Source: a virus. From it: a stretch of 36,154 bases of DNA. Positions within the stretch are counted from its first letter, which is position 1. Every line of letters starts with the position of its first letter. Positions 10,294 to 18,176 of this stretch are shown here, in pieces. Both the position numbers and the translations under genes were made by a program. The notes beneath the pieces are model-generated. The model saw only the letters and a program-made list of their open reading frames with translations. It did no database searches and was not told the origin of the DNA. The stretch is taken from UHGV virus genome UHGV-0071286. One strand, 5' to 3'.

Positions 10294-10594
10294 GTCACTT
10301 TCTGACGTCCTCTGTTAAAAACTGACGCATAATGACCGCTGTGATTTTTCAGAATTCACACAGCAGCGTCTTGTTTGATTGATATTTACACAATATGGTT
10401 GTTTTATCCGGTTTCTTCCACCACCGCACCGGACAGGCGGCCATGCGGGAAAACGCTCACGTTACCTGAAAACGTGGAAAGCCCGGTGTGCATCGTTTTT
10501 GATTATCCCCACACACTCGCGCAGGAGGTCCAGTGTCTGGCTGAGGTCTCTGTTAATGCGGGAATACTGCGACGATACGGCGCATCAGCAAAAC

Positions 10595-11062
10595 TTATTT
10601 CAGGCACTGAGTGCGGATATATTCCTGTGCCCCTTCCAGCTGCTTCTGCATCATCATCAACCGCTCTCTGAGGGTGAAATAATCCCGTTCAGCGGTGTCT
10701 GCCAGTCGGGGGCCGGTTGCATTATCCACGCGGGCGGTGCCGGTGGCTTCACGCACGGGACCTGGACAGGTGGCGTTGATACGCAGGCGCTTACGACCAG
10801 CGGCAACGTCAGCGCGAAGAGTTTCATTTTCAGCTCTCGCATCGGCTAATTCCCTCGAGTATTTTGCATCGAGCGCAGCAACATCGCGCTGGCGCACCTG
10901 CATATCAGTAATGGTGGCGTTTGCCAGCTCCAGCTCTCTGGCTTTTTTATCGCGCTGCGCTTTGTAGGTGATGGCGTTATCGCGGTAATGATTCAGCCCC
11001 AGACTAAGCGCACCACAGGCCACCAGCAGGGCAATGATGACCACGCACAGTACGCGGTTCAT
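10595..11062 (-). CDS. Rz: Rz i-spanin (155 aa)
   Basis: N-terminal TM segment then charged coiled-coil; follows the endolysin; contains the embedded Rz1 frame. Confidence 0.8.
   Translation of the reverse strand: MNRVLCVVIIALLVACGALSLGLNHYRDNAITYKAQRDKKARELELANATITDMQVRQRDVAALDAKYSRELADARAENETLRADVAAGRKRLRINATCPGPVREATGTARVDNATGPRLADTAERDYFTLRERLMMMQKQLEGAQEYIRTQCLK
10657..10842 (-). CDS. Rz1: Rz1 o-spanin lipoprotein embedded in Rz in another frame (61 aa, or 56 aa from MKLFALT)
   Basis: Signal peptide with lipobox LVVSAC followed by a Pro-rich mature peptide, entirely inside Rz. Confidence 0.7.
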   Translation of the reverse strand: MRELKMKLFALTLPLVVSACVSTPPVQVPCVKPPAPPAWIMQPAPDWQTPLNGIISPSESG

Positions 11063-11063
11063 T

Positions 11064-11162
11064 TCACCACCAGCGTATCTGACCGATGAAATAACCGGAG
11101 GCCATAATCACAAACACCAGCCAGATAAGAATGAACTTCCAGGTGGATAATTTTTCAGCCAT
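11064..11162 (-). CDS. Possible 32-aa hydrophobic peptide between R and Rz
   Basis: ATG at 11162 with SD GGGAGA; [32 protein letters not shown]; its stop overlaps the Rz start region. Below the ORF-track size cutoff, translated by hand. Confidence 0.25.
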   Translation of the reverse strand: MAEKLSTWKFILIWLVFVIMASGYFIGQIRWW

Positions 11163-11236
11163 CACTCGAATCTCCCGAATCAGTTTGCTAAAATCAAACA
11201 CACTTTCCCCTTTGACTTTTCCAGAGTCAGGAAACA

Positions 11237-11275
11237 CAAAACCCCGCTTGCAGCCAACAAACGGGGTTTTTACTT
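11237..11275. terminator. Bidirectional hairpin terminator between R and Rz
   Basis: Hairpin ACCCCG...CGGGGT (11241-11267) with a T-run after it on the plus strand and a U-run (UUUUGUGUUU) after it on the minus strand. Confidence 0.4.
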
Positions 11276-11360
11276 TTATTCACTTAGTTTTTGTCAGTTC
11301 GCAGGATTTCGTGTTATCCGTCCGTGTGAGCAAACCGCATTTTTCAGCAAAATATTCTGC

Positions 11361-11894
11361 TTATCTGTCAATTCCCCAGCACGCCAGCGCACTCTCCTGG
11401 TCGCGACGGGATACCTGACCGTAACAGTTGTTTGAGCGAATACGGCAGTCTCTGCCACCGTCCTTAATCCACCAGCGAATCGCCTCACACGCTCCCCTGC
11501 GATCACCTGCATTAATTCGTTTATAAAACGTCGACGGGAAACACTTACCGGGACCAATGTTGTACGGACAGAATGACGCGATCCCCGCTTTCTGGGGTTC
11601 GGTCAGCGGCACTCTGATGTTTTTCTCCACCCACGCCAGCGCTTTATCACGCTCAATGGCGTTAACCTGGTCGCATTTTTCCTTCGACAACTTCATGCCC
11701 GGGACGACAGGTTTGCCATCCACCATGATGGCACCACGGCAGATGGTCCAGATCCCCGCACCATCACGGTATGCCGTGGTGTGGTTACCTTCTTTTTCGT
11801 CAAGAAACTGGTCGATGATTTCAGGCGCAGAAGCACCTGCCGCAATCAGCGCCAGAACGGCTACCGATAAACCATAGTGGAGTTTCTGAGTCAC
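11361..11894 (-). CDS. R: Endolysin (lysozyme R) with N-terminal SAR-like hydrophobic segment, 177 aa
   Basis: Near-identical by recall to Stx-phage/phage-21-type lysozyme R (…EGNHTTAYRDGAGIWTICRG…CYGQVSRRDQESALACWGIDR); hydrophobic N-terminus YGLSVAVLALIAAGASA. Confidence 0.9.
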   Translation of the reverse strand: MTQKLHYGLSVAVLALIAAGASAPEIIDQFLDEKEGNHTTAYRDGAGIWTICRGAIMVDGKPVVPGMKLSKEKCDQVNAIERDKALAWVEKNIRVPLTEPQKAGIASFCPYNIGPGKCFPSTFYKRINAGDRRGACEAIRWWIKDGGRDCRIRSNNCYGQVSRRDQESALACWGIDR

Positions 11895-11898
11895 CTAA

Positions 11899-12114
11899 TC
11901 ACTCTCCCCGGGCAGCCTTGCGACGGTCCTCTTTAATTTTGAAATACAGATTCGTCAGGTATGTCAGGAACCCCAGACACAGGCTCCCCAAAACCCCGAT
12001 AGCAGCCCACTGTGACGGAGTAACCTGATCCAACCACTGTAGAAACCAGTAACCCGCACTGCCCGCAGAAGTACCATAGGCTATGCCCGTTGATATTTTT
12101 TCCATCTGATACAT
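11899..12114 (-). CDS. S: Class II holin (pinholin-like, 71 aa) with dual-start motif MYQM
   Basis: Two TM segments; two in-frame Met codons (M1 and M4) as in holin/antiholin pairs; immediately upstream of R. Confidence 0.85.
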   Translation of the reverse strand: MYQMEKISTGIAYGTSAGSAGYWFLQWLDQVTPSQWAAIGVLGSLCLGFLTYLTNLYFKIKEDRRKAARGE

Positions 12115-12145
12115 ATCCCCGCCCCGACAGACCTGTGCTACCGGA

Positions 12146-12178
12146 AATAAAAAAGGCCATCAGTGTTTTACTGATGGC
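12146..12178 (-). terminator. Rho-independent terminator upstream of the lysis cassette
   Basis: Minus-strand 10-bp stem GGCCATCAGT/ACTGATGGCC (12154-12178) followed by UUUUUUAUUU. Confidence 0.55.
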
Positions 12179-12190
12179 CCTGCCCCGCCG

Positions 12191-12481
12191 TTACAGCATT
12201 GTGCCCGGTTCGGGTTGTGTGTCTGTCATATCCGTCACCGGTGACTCCGGCTGAATATCACCATTTTCCGTGGTGACATCTTCCGCCTGTGGTTCCGGAA
12301 GCAGTTCCGGGGATGGTTCCGGCTGTGCACCAAGCAATTCATCCAGAATGGCATCCACTTCTGCATCAAGACGCGCCTCAAGGTTCTGCCGAAGTTGCTG
12401 TTTCAGTGCACTCCGGACTTCTTCAGAGCGCAGGACTTCCTTCACTGCCTCAGCAGTGACCAGCGATTTTATTTCTGACAT
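12191..12481 (-). CDS. Hypothetical acidic protein (96 aa from MSEIKSLV)
   Basis: ORF track 12191..12655; internal ATG at 12481 chosen because the upstream extension is Cys-rich and non-protein-like. Confidence 0.4.
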   Translation of the reverse strand: MSEIKSLVTAEAVKEVLRSEEVRSALKQQLRQNLEARLDAEVDAILDELLGAQPEPSPELLPEPQAEDVTTENGDIQPESPVTDMTDTQPEPGTML

Positions 12482-12506
12482 AGGATTTTCTCGTTGAAAG
12501 GGGTTA

Positions 12507-12701
12507 TTAAGAAGGTTGTTCCGGAATGAGTGGGGCTTCTGTTTTTGCTCCGGCTGACTGAGTGGCGCTGATTTTCTCAGCGGCCCTTTTGTCAATCTGT
12601 CTGCGCCAGAAGTCGCGTACTGCCCTGTATCCACCCGAAAGCAGATACAACACACAGACCACCGTACAGAAGTACAGCATTAACTGGTTGATGAATGTCA
12701 T
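12507..12701 (-). CDS. Small membrane protein (64 aa)
   Basis: ORF track; N-terminal hydrophobic helix LMLYFCTVVCVLYLL then a charged tail. Confidence 0.4.
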   Translation of the reverse strand: MTFINQLMLYFCTVVCVLYLLSGGYRAVRDFWRRQIDKRAAEKISATQSAGAKTEAPLIPEQPS

Positions 12702-12800
12702 GGTTTATTACCGTTACTGTTGACAATGAGAACTGTTTTCATTTAGAAATGATTGATGTCGAAAGCATCCTTTCGTTAGATTCTCCATTGGGATTACCTC

Positions 12801-12835
12801 CGCCAGTCTCCATTCCTGTTGCTGGCGGTTTTTTT
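12801..12835 (+). terminator. Plus-strand intrinsic terminator just left of nanS-p
   Basis: Hairpin CGCCAG(12801-12806)...CTGGCG(12822-12827) followed by TTTTTTT; on the minus strand the U-run would precede the hairpin. Confidence 0.4.
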
Positions 12836-12841
12836 CGTCTG

Positions 12842-14815
12842 TTATGCTGCTACGGCATTCACACCAACAGTAAGACTTTCAATCAGCACAGGGTAAGTTG
12901 CCGCATTTCCGGTAATATCCGTAATTGCCAGCGCGTTGGCCTCAAAGGCTGCATTCGTCCATCTGGTCAGCGTAAACGGTTTTCCTGCTGCATTATCAAG
13001 CACCGGCGTGACGTTCAGCGAGCCACCACCCGGGAAGCGGAAAGTCAGCGTGTGCCAGTCGTGATCGAACGGACCATAACTACCAAGCCGCTGTGATGTG
13101 GTGTTTGCATGATACATCACATTGATGTTTGTTTTATCAGTCTGCAGATAGAAGGCCGCAATATAACCCTCCTCTGATTCCGCTCCCGGCCATCCACTAC
13201 CGCGCCAGTAAATACCCGCAGAATATTGATTTGCAGAAGCATTGAGAGATACATCATCGGGGATTTTAAAGCGCAGCGTGATTTCACCGCCGTTATCGAA
13301 CAGCTCCTTCCCCTTACCGGCATCAATTGCGTGCGATACTTTCCAGGTCTTTTTCTGTGCAAGACCATTTTCTGGTTTTTCAAGACGAAGGGCTTTTTTA
13401 CCTGAACCACTGTCACTGACCAGCGTGTTTTTGACATCTGTCAGCGTCCAGCCCTGCGAAGCCAGATCGGCATTTTCCGCATTCGCATCATAAGCCAGCA
13501 CTGACTGTATCTTTGTCGGGACAACGGATTCAGGCTGAGTATCGCCACTCTCCTGTGCTGGTTGCGATACGCCTCCGCCTGAAGAAACCGCGGCTTTTGT
13601 CACTTTCCCGGAAACAAAATCTGCCACTCTGCCCACATGCAGAAGAATGGCTGTTGCCAGACGGTCGGAAATAATTCCGCGACGCGCCCATGAACCAAAG
13701 TGGGTTTTACGATCGGATGTTGTCCAGCTCTTCGCATCCGTTCGTCCACCGGAACCATAATACCCGATAGCCGGAATATCCGGGTCTTCTGACGGTTCAT
13801 TGGTCCCGACTTTCTGACCATTGTCATCCATCATAAACGGCACAAAGAAGATATTTTTACCGGCTTTGGTTTTGTATGCGCCATAGACGGCATCGTATTG
13901 CGCTGAATACGTCTCCTTCCAGTAGTACGTCGTGTCACCACAAATCCAGGGCACCAGAGAAGGAGAAGCACCAGCGCACTGACCGGATACTCCCGCCAGG
14001 TCAGAACGGTATTTTTCCACCATGGCATCAAACATGGCGGGCTGACTGGCGTACGCTCCCTGTTTTAAATCAAACTCGCCCTGCATCCAGACAACACAAA
14101 GCAGTATGTTTTTGGGGTTTGCCTTCAGCGCGGCCTGAGTGCGTGTCAGCAGGTCTTTATACAACGGCTTATCAACGCCCCATCGTTCAGATTTATCCGA
14201 CGCTCCTGAACTTTCACTGAACGTTCCGTCAGCACCGGCTGTAAACGCAGAGCCACCACGACAGCACGGCACTAACAAAATACCCGCATTTTCCGGCATA
14301 AAGGGCAACAGCTTTTTGGCAATATGCAATCCCTGTCCGACACACCCATACTGCTCTGCGCTGGCTTTCGGATGAGAAAAACGGCTCAAATCCTGCACAT
14401 CATGCAGGCAGTGGTCCGCCGGAATGATGTCGTTATATGCACAGGCCGCACCACCCGGTGTCACCGTACTGCGACGCGCCAGCTGTTTAATACGCGGGTC
14501 CGGACGGTCATATGTCTCCGGCAGCGGCAGGCCTTCACCATACGCCATGCCGTTTGACTGTCCGGCCAGCGCAATGACAAAGTAATATTCTGGTTCAACA
14601 ACAACAGTCCGGGTACCATCTCCCCCCGGTGAAACTACCGGAGAGGTCATATCCCCTTCAGCGACTATAGCCTGGATAAATTCAGCACCATAACCCGCGT
14701 TTGAGATAATCGGACTACCATAGGGTTGCCAGCCTTCCTTCAGTTTTTGCGTCAGTTTTCCTGCGAGGTCTGACGGCGATGATGCCCTGACCACGTCATA
14801 GTGTTTAAATGCCAT
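12842..14815 (-). CDS. nanS-p: Prophage sialate O-acetylesterase NanS-p-like protein (657 aa from MAFKHYDVV)
   Basis: N-terminus MAFKHYDVVRASSPSDLAGKLTQKLKEGWQP matches the NanS-p family found in the late region of Stx-type phages (recall); ATG at 14815 with SD GGGAGG 5 nt upstream. Confidence 0.75.
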   Translation of the reverse strand: MAFKHYDVVRASSPSDLAGKLTQKLKEGWQPYGSPIISNAGYGAEFIQAIVAEGDMTSPVVSPGGDGTRTVVVEPEYYFVIALAGQSNGMAYGEGLPLPETYDRPDPRIKQLARRSTVTPGGAACAYNDIIPADHCLHDVQDLSRFSHPKASAEQYGCVGQGLHIAKKLLPFMPENAGILLVPCCRGGSAFTAGADGTFSESSGASDKSERWGVDKPLYKDLLTRTQAALKANPKNILLCVVWMQGEFDLKQGAYASQPAMFDAMVEKYRSDLAGVSGQCAGASPSLVPWICGDTTYYWKETYSAQYDAVYGAYKTKAGKNIFFVPFMMDDNGQKVGTNEPSEDPDIPAIGYYGSGGRTDAKSWTTSDRKTHFGSWARRGIISDRLATAILLHVGRVADFVSGKVTKAAVSSGGGVSQPAQESGDTQPESVVPTKIQSVLAYDANAENADLASQGWTLTDVKNTLVSDSGSGKKALRLEKPENGLAQKKTWKVSHAIDAGKGKELFDNGGEITLRFKIPDDVSLNASANQYSAGIYWRGSGWPGAESEEGYIAAFYLQTDKTNINVMYHANTTSQRLGSYGPFDHDWHTLTFRFPGGGSLNVTPVLDNAAGKPFTLTRWTNAAFEANALAITDITGNAATYPVLIESLTVGVNAVAA

Positions 14816-15016
14816 TATTCCTCCCGGCAGGGATAGTGTATGCAATCAAGATAAGGTGCGGGCTGACGTCAGTCATGGACAAGGGTTCAGAAACAGGAGG
14901 ATGACTACAGCCCGCAATACGAAAAAGACCATACAGTTGCGCAGAGTGATTACTATCAGGTATTATTCGCCAGCTGAAAATTGATCACTTCACGTTTTGT
15001 TGTTTATTCCTTGCCA

Positions 15017-15045
15017 CCCGCGCTTCCCGGCGCGGGCTTTTTTTT
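15017..15045 (+). terminator. Plus-strand intrinsic terminator right of nanS-p
   Basis: Hairpin CCCGCGC-TTCCCG-GCGCGGG (15017-15036) followed by CTTTTTTTT. Confidence 0.45.
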
Positions 15046-15058
15046 ATCCAACAAGAAA

Positions 15059-15293
15059 GCCCCTCCGGAGAGGGGCTGGAGAGTAGCGCTATGTACCGTT
15101 CATGCATGGTGCAGGGTGCCTCCCGGTGAGTTCAGTATCAGCACCTGAACCCGCACCAGAAAGGATAAGGGGTGTGACCAAACACCTGTCGCTGATATGC
15201 CCCTCCGCACAGGGGGATTCACCATGCCATATTTTTTTAACAAACTTCCCGCTGGCCAGACAATAATCGCCAGCCTGAATTGTGAGTAACGTG
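15059..15293 (-). repeat. sRNA-like repeat unit 1, ending in an intrinsic terminator on the minus strand
   Basis: Paralogous to 15542..15755 in blocks (shared 18-bp perfect palindrome GCCCCTCCGGAGAGGGGC at the 3' end, shared GGGGGATTCACCA, TTTTTAACAAA, CCAGACAAT, GAATTGTGAG). On the minus strand the palindrome is followed by UUUCUUGU. Confidence 0.6.
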
Positions 15294-15323
15294 GCATTTT
15301 ACGGGAAAACTGTTTTCTGCAGT

Positions 15324-15540
15324 AAAAAGGCCCGCCGGAGCGAGCCTGGAAGGATAGCGGTCATGTGATGCCGGTTTCCCGGTAACTCAGCATCGGTATC
15401 TGAGTCAACGTTTTCTCTACTGGGTCATTTCCGATACGTTCCGCCTTCCGGCAGACTTTCATCACGTCAGAAAATATAGCACCCTGAGTAACAGGACAGT
15501 ACTCAGAATTCAGGAAACTGTGACACATCCTGCACAGAAA
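15324..15540 (-). other. Third, more diverged sRNA-like unit with its own terminator
   Basis: Minus-strand hairpin GGCUCGC-UCCG-GCGGGCC (15329-15346) followed by UUUUUACUG; upstream segment shares the ACCGGGA…CATG…GCTA pattern with units 1 and 2. Confidence 0.35.
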
Positions 15541-15541
15541 A

Positions 15542-15755
15542 GCCCCTCCGGAGAGGGGCTGAAGTATAGCCTAATTTCTGTCTGTCGCATGGTGCCAGGT
15601 GCCTCCCGGTAAATTCAGCCTGGCTACTGAATTTGCATGTTCGCTGGATCATACACTTTGCCAGATGCCCCGCCGCTGAGGGGGATTCACCACGCGATGC
15701 AATTTTTAACAAATTCTCCGGCAGCCAGACAATCATCAAGCTGTGGAATTGTGAG
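15542..15755 (-). repeat. sRNA-like repeat unit 2, ending in an intrinsic terminator on the minus strand
   Basis: Same architecture as unit 1; identical terminal palindrome 15542-15559 followed on the minus strand by UUUUCUGUG. Confidence 0.6.
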
Positions 15756-16074
15756 GTATTTAAAAATTTCGCAGCCTCTTGCCACCCGCTTTTCACAAAA
15801 ATCGTATGTAGAAGGCCGCAGCGTAACTATCACTGATGAATTCAGGACACCCAGAGGCTACGGCTCAGTTTGGATTGTGGCGGCCGGAATCGAACCAGCT
15901 CCCATCGGTGCGCTGCCGATTACAATACGCGCGGCGATCCGCTACATGACTAGTATTTTCACAGTCGCCTGTCTGCTAGCTCGCCATTGAGCTTCACCAC
16001 AACGATAAGAGCACTGCGCACACCTTTCACCAATTCCACGAGGTCTGCGGGTTCAATGCTCTTACCTGTTGTGC

Positions 16075-16106
16075 AAACAAAAAGCCCCGACATTTCTGCC
16101 GAGGCC
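16075..16106 (-). terminator. tR'-like intrinsic terminator about 130 nt downstream of the putative PR'
   Basis: Minus-strand hairpin (stem with two G-U pairs, loop AGAAAU) at 16084-16106 followed by CUUUUUGUUU. Confidence 0.5.
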
Positions 16107-16212
16107 TTTACCTAATCTAGCCAGTATGCCGATCCTAAATATTATCGACGACCGAGGTAAATCAGGATTTCTCTTTCGCTTCTCAGTGCGCTTTTGCTCC
16201 GAGCATACACAA

Positions 16213-16241
16213 AACATACTACTTTCATTTCTCGAAAGCAA
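16213..16241 (-). promoter_or_regulatory. Putative late promoter PR' (-35 TTGCTT, 17-nt spacer, -10 TATGTT)
   Basis: Sigma-70-like hexamers on the minus strand 25 nt downstream of the putative Q stop; plus-strand coordinates 16236-16241 (-35) and 16213-16218 (-10). Confidence 0.45.
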
Positions 16242-16265
16242 CGCATTTACAAAAAATATTTTGCA

Positions 16266-16880
16266 TCATCCAGCAATCACTAGAAGTTCTTTCTCCAATT
16301 CTCGCTTCATTGCATAAAACATTTCTGAATCAAGGACCCTCTCGCACCACACGACCCGCCTCCGGCAATACTGAATATCAACTCCTGTTATCTGAGAAAT
16401 CATCCTGGCGATATCTTGCGTGCTGTCGCGATTGCAATATCGCCTAATAGCTACATCACGGACAGGGCTTTCACGATGAAAGGTCTCAACCATCACACGT
16501 TCAACGAAAGCAGCATCATCGGATTCTTTGGCGAGAGCAATGATATTACCTGCCGATGACTGAGGGATGACCAGTTCTCGGGCTTTCTGATGGAGTTCAT
16601 CTCCACGTAGTCCGTCTTCTTCATACAGACGCATGACAACAGACTCAATCTGCTTAGCTTTGTCATCGCTCCACTGACTGCGAATCATCAGTCGCCCAAT
16701 AACGTTAATTGCACCACAAGGAGAATCATCACCAGCGTTAACATTTCCCCATACCTGTAGCATGTAGTGAACCCATGCTTTCTGACGAGAGTTAATGATT
16801 TTCTTCGGATGCCTCCATATGCGGCGGAAATGAGCATCATTAATAAAGTTAACCATGCCGAATACTGGGGTTAGCCGCAT
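16266..16880 (-). CDS. Putative late-gene antiterminator Q (204 aa from MRLTPVF)
   Basis: Last gene of the nin region, immediately upstream of the PR'-tR' unit. Assignment is positional; the sequence is not lambda Q. Confidence 0.45.
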   Translation of the reverse strand: MRLTPVFGMVNFINDAHFRRIWRHPKKIINSRQKAWVHYMLQVWGNVNAGDDSPCGAINVIGRLMIRSQWSDDKAKQIESVVMRLYEEDGLRGDELHQKARELVIPQSSAGNIIALAKESDDAAFVERVMVETFHRESPVRDVAIRRYCNRDSTQDIARMISQITGVDIQYCRRRVVWCERVLDSEMFYAMKRELEKELLVIAG

Positions 16881-17122
16881 CACAGCCCCCATCCTTTACA
16901 ATGACACCACACTTCAAACATTCGTTTCACAACTTCACGGCAGTAGAAACCGTCAGCATCACGTGTCAGGTCATAGCGATCTCCGTGCTTCAGTCTCATA
17001 TAGCATTCGAATAATCTGTTCATATACTCTTCGCCATGAACTCCGCTATTACGCTGCTCATGCGCTTTTCCAGACGACCTGAATAAAGCCATGCGTTCAG
17101 GCACCTGCTGAATATCACGCAT
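16880..17122 (-). CDS. Hypothetical protein (80 aa from MRDIQQVPE), possibly part of the late-regulator module
   Basis: In-frame ATG at 17122; its stop overlaps the Q start (TGATG). Confidence 0.35.
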   Translation of the reverse strand: MRDIQQVPERMALFRSSGKAHEQRNSGVHGEEYMNRLFECYMRLKHGDRYDLTRDADGFYCREVVKRMFEVWCHCKGWGL

Positions 17123-17315
17123 CAGTAGCTTTCCCCTTATCCCATCCACGATGAACCATAAGGACACCGTTGACGACGGCGTGCCGTTTGCCTTCTTTAT
17201 CACCGACATATTTTCTGACCGTAGCACGATTACAGTTCAGTTTTCGTGAAACTTCAGTCATATTGCCTCGTGCCTGGATAAGCAATTCCGGTATTGTTTG
17301 AATTGTGGCGTTCAT
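17115..17315 (-). CDS. ninH: NinH-like protein (66 aa)
   Basis: TIPELLIQARGNMTEVSRKLNCNRATVRKYVGDKEGKRHAVVNGVLMVHRGW is closely similar to lambda NinH (recall); ATGA overlap with rusA. Confidence 0.65.
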   Translation of the reverse strand: MNATIQTIPELLIQARGNMTEVSRKLNCNRATVRKYVGDKEGKRHAVVNGVLMVHRGWDKGKATDA

Positions 17316-17674
17316 ATGTTCTCCAGTTCGGTGATTTTTATCCCCACTCTACCGCCAAGCACTTTCACGCCGCGAATTACGCGAATGTCATCGAATTGCA
17401 CGTCGTCTTCCGCAAATCCGGCGTGGATAAGAGAGTCGAGTAAACCTTTCAGGATGTTATCGAGGTCGCGACGGCGGGAATCTGGTGGTTCAGCAATAAT
17501 TGTGATGCGAAGTCGTGATTTAGTGAAAATGTCTAATCTGAGTTGCCGGATGATTTGCTGTACGTCTTTTCGGTATTTCTGGCCTTTATCGCTGATGTAG
17601 TACTGGCTTCCCCGTCTTCGCCAGTAGGTATTCACCGTCGGCGGCCAGGGAAGCACAAACTCATATTCATTCAT
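17312..17674 (-). CDS. rusA: RusA Holliday-junction resolvase (120 aa)
   Basis: LPWPP…RRRDLDN…GF motif pattern of the RusA family; nin-region position. Confidence 0.85.
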   Translation of the reverse strand: MNEYEFVLPWPPTVNTYWRRRGSQYYISDKGQKYRKDVQQIIRQLRLDIFTKSRLRITIIAEPPDSRRRDLDNILKGLLDSLIHAGFAEDDVQFDDIRVIRGVKVLGGRVGIKITELENI

Positions 17675-17964
17675 GACTTAATCTTCCCCTCCTTCAGCAA
17701 TATCGCCAGCGTCCTGATCACGCCTTCCAGGTGGTAAAGTCTGGCGTCGTTGTTGTCGAGAATGCGAGTACGGCGATCGATTTCATTATGGCAGTCACTA
17801 CAGGCCCATGCAGCCAACAGATCATCTGGCTTTGTTCCCGTTCCGCAAATTCCAGCCATTCGGTAATGCGCCAGAACTGTAGTTTCAGGGTTGCCATTGC
17901 ATACGCCATAAATCCGTACCTGGCATTCTCTGCCGCGCGCTTCTTTGCGTAGGTTTGTCATCAT
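17671..17964 (-). CDS. DUF1364 (YbcO-like) nin-region protein (97 aa from MMTNLRKEARG)
   Basis: RKEARGRECQVRIYGVCNGNPETTVLAHYRMAGICGTGTKP…CSDCHNEID resembles YbcO-type proteins (recall); SD GAGGA before the ATG at 17964. Confidence 0.55.
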   Translation of the reverse strand: MMTNLRKEARGRECQVRIYGVCNGNPETTVLAHYRMAGICGTGTKPDDLLAAWACSDCHNEIDRRTRILDNNDARLYHLEGVIRTLAILLKEGKIKS

Positions 17965-17984
17965 CTTATTCCTCATGCAGTAGG

Positions 17985-18176
17985 CTATCCGGAGTGACAA
18001 TTAAATCTTGCTCGACGCCTTAGCCACCGGATATCCCACAGGTGAGCCGTATAGTTGAAGGTTTTAACATCAGATTCTTTGGGGACTGGCCTGGGTTTAT
18101 TTCGGGAGCGTTTGGTTGGAAGGTAATTGCAGTTTTCACAGACGATATCGGTGATGCTTCGTCGCTGTCGTCTCAT
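17985..18176 (-). CDS. ninE: NinE-like protein (63 aa)
   Basis: [57 protein letters not shown] matches lambda NinE (recall). Confidence 0.7.
   Translation of the reverse strand: MRRQRRSITDIVCENCNYLPTKRSRNKPRPVPKESDVKTFNYTAHLWDIRWLRRRARFNCHSG

Noticed and set aside
10375-10849. Plus-strand ORFs 10375..10671 and 10379..10849 in the terS-Rz region
   Set aside because: They overlap Rz/Rz1 antisense and have Ser/Arg/Pro-rich shadow composition; no SD.
12695-13096. Plus-strand ORF 12695..13096
   Set aside because: It runs through the plus-strand terminator hairpin and then antisense into nanS-p; not a plausible gene.
15100-15796. Minus-strand ORFs 15100..15297 and 15503..15796 as protein genes
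   Set aside because: Both run across intrinsic terminator hairpins; the two paralogous units differ by frame-breaking indels, so the conservation is at the RNA/DNA level.
15870-15960. Annotating a tRNA gene
   Set aside because: Only a T-arm and partial acceptor can be drawn; no canonical anticodon loop or D-arm, no encoded CCA. Kept as a finding, not a feature.
14846-16265. stxA/stxB
   Set aside because: No ORF of suitable size or any AB5-toxin-like frame exists between Q and nanS-p on either strand.
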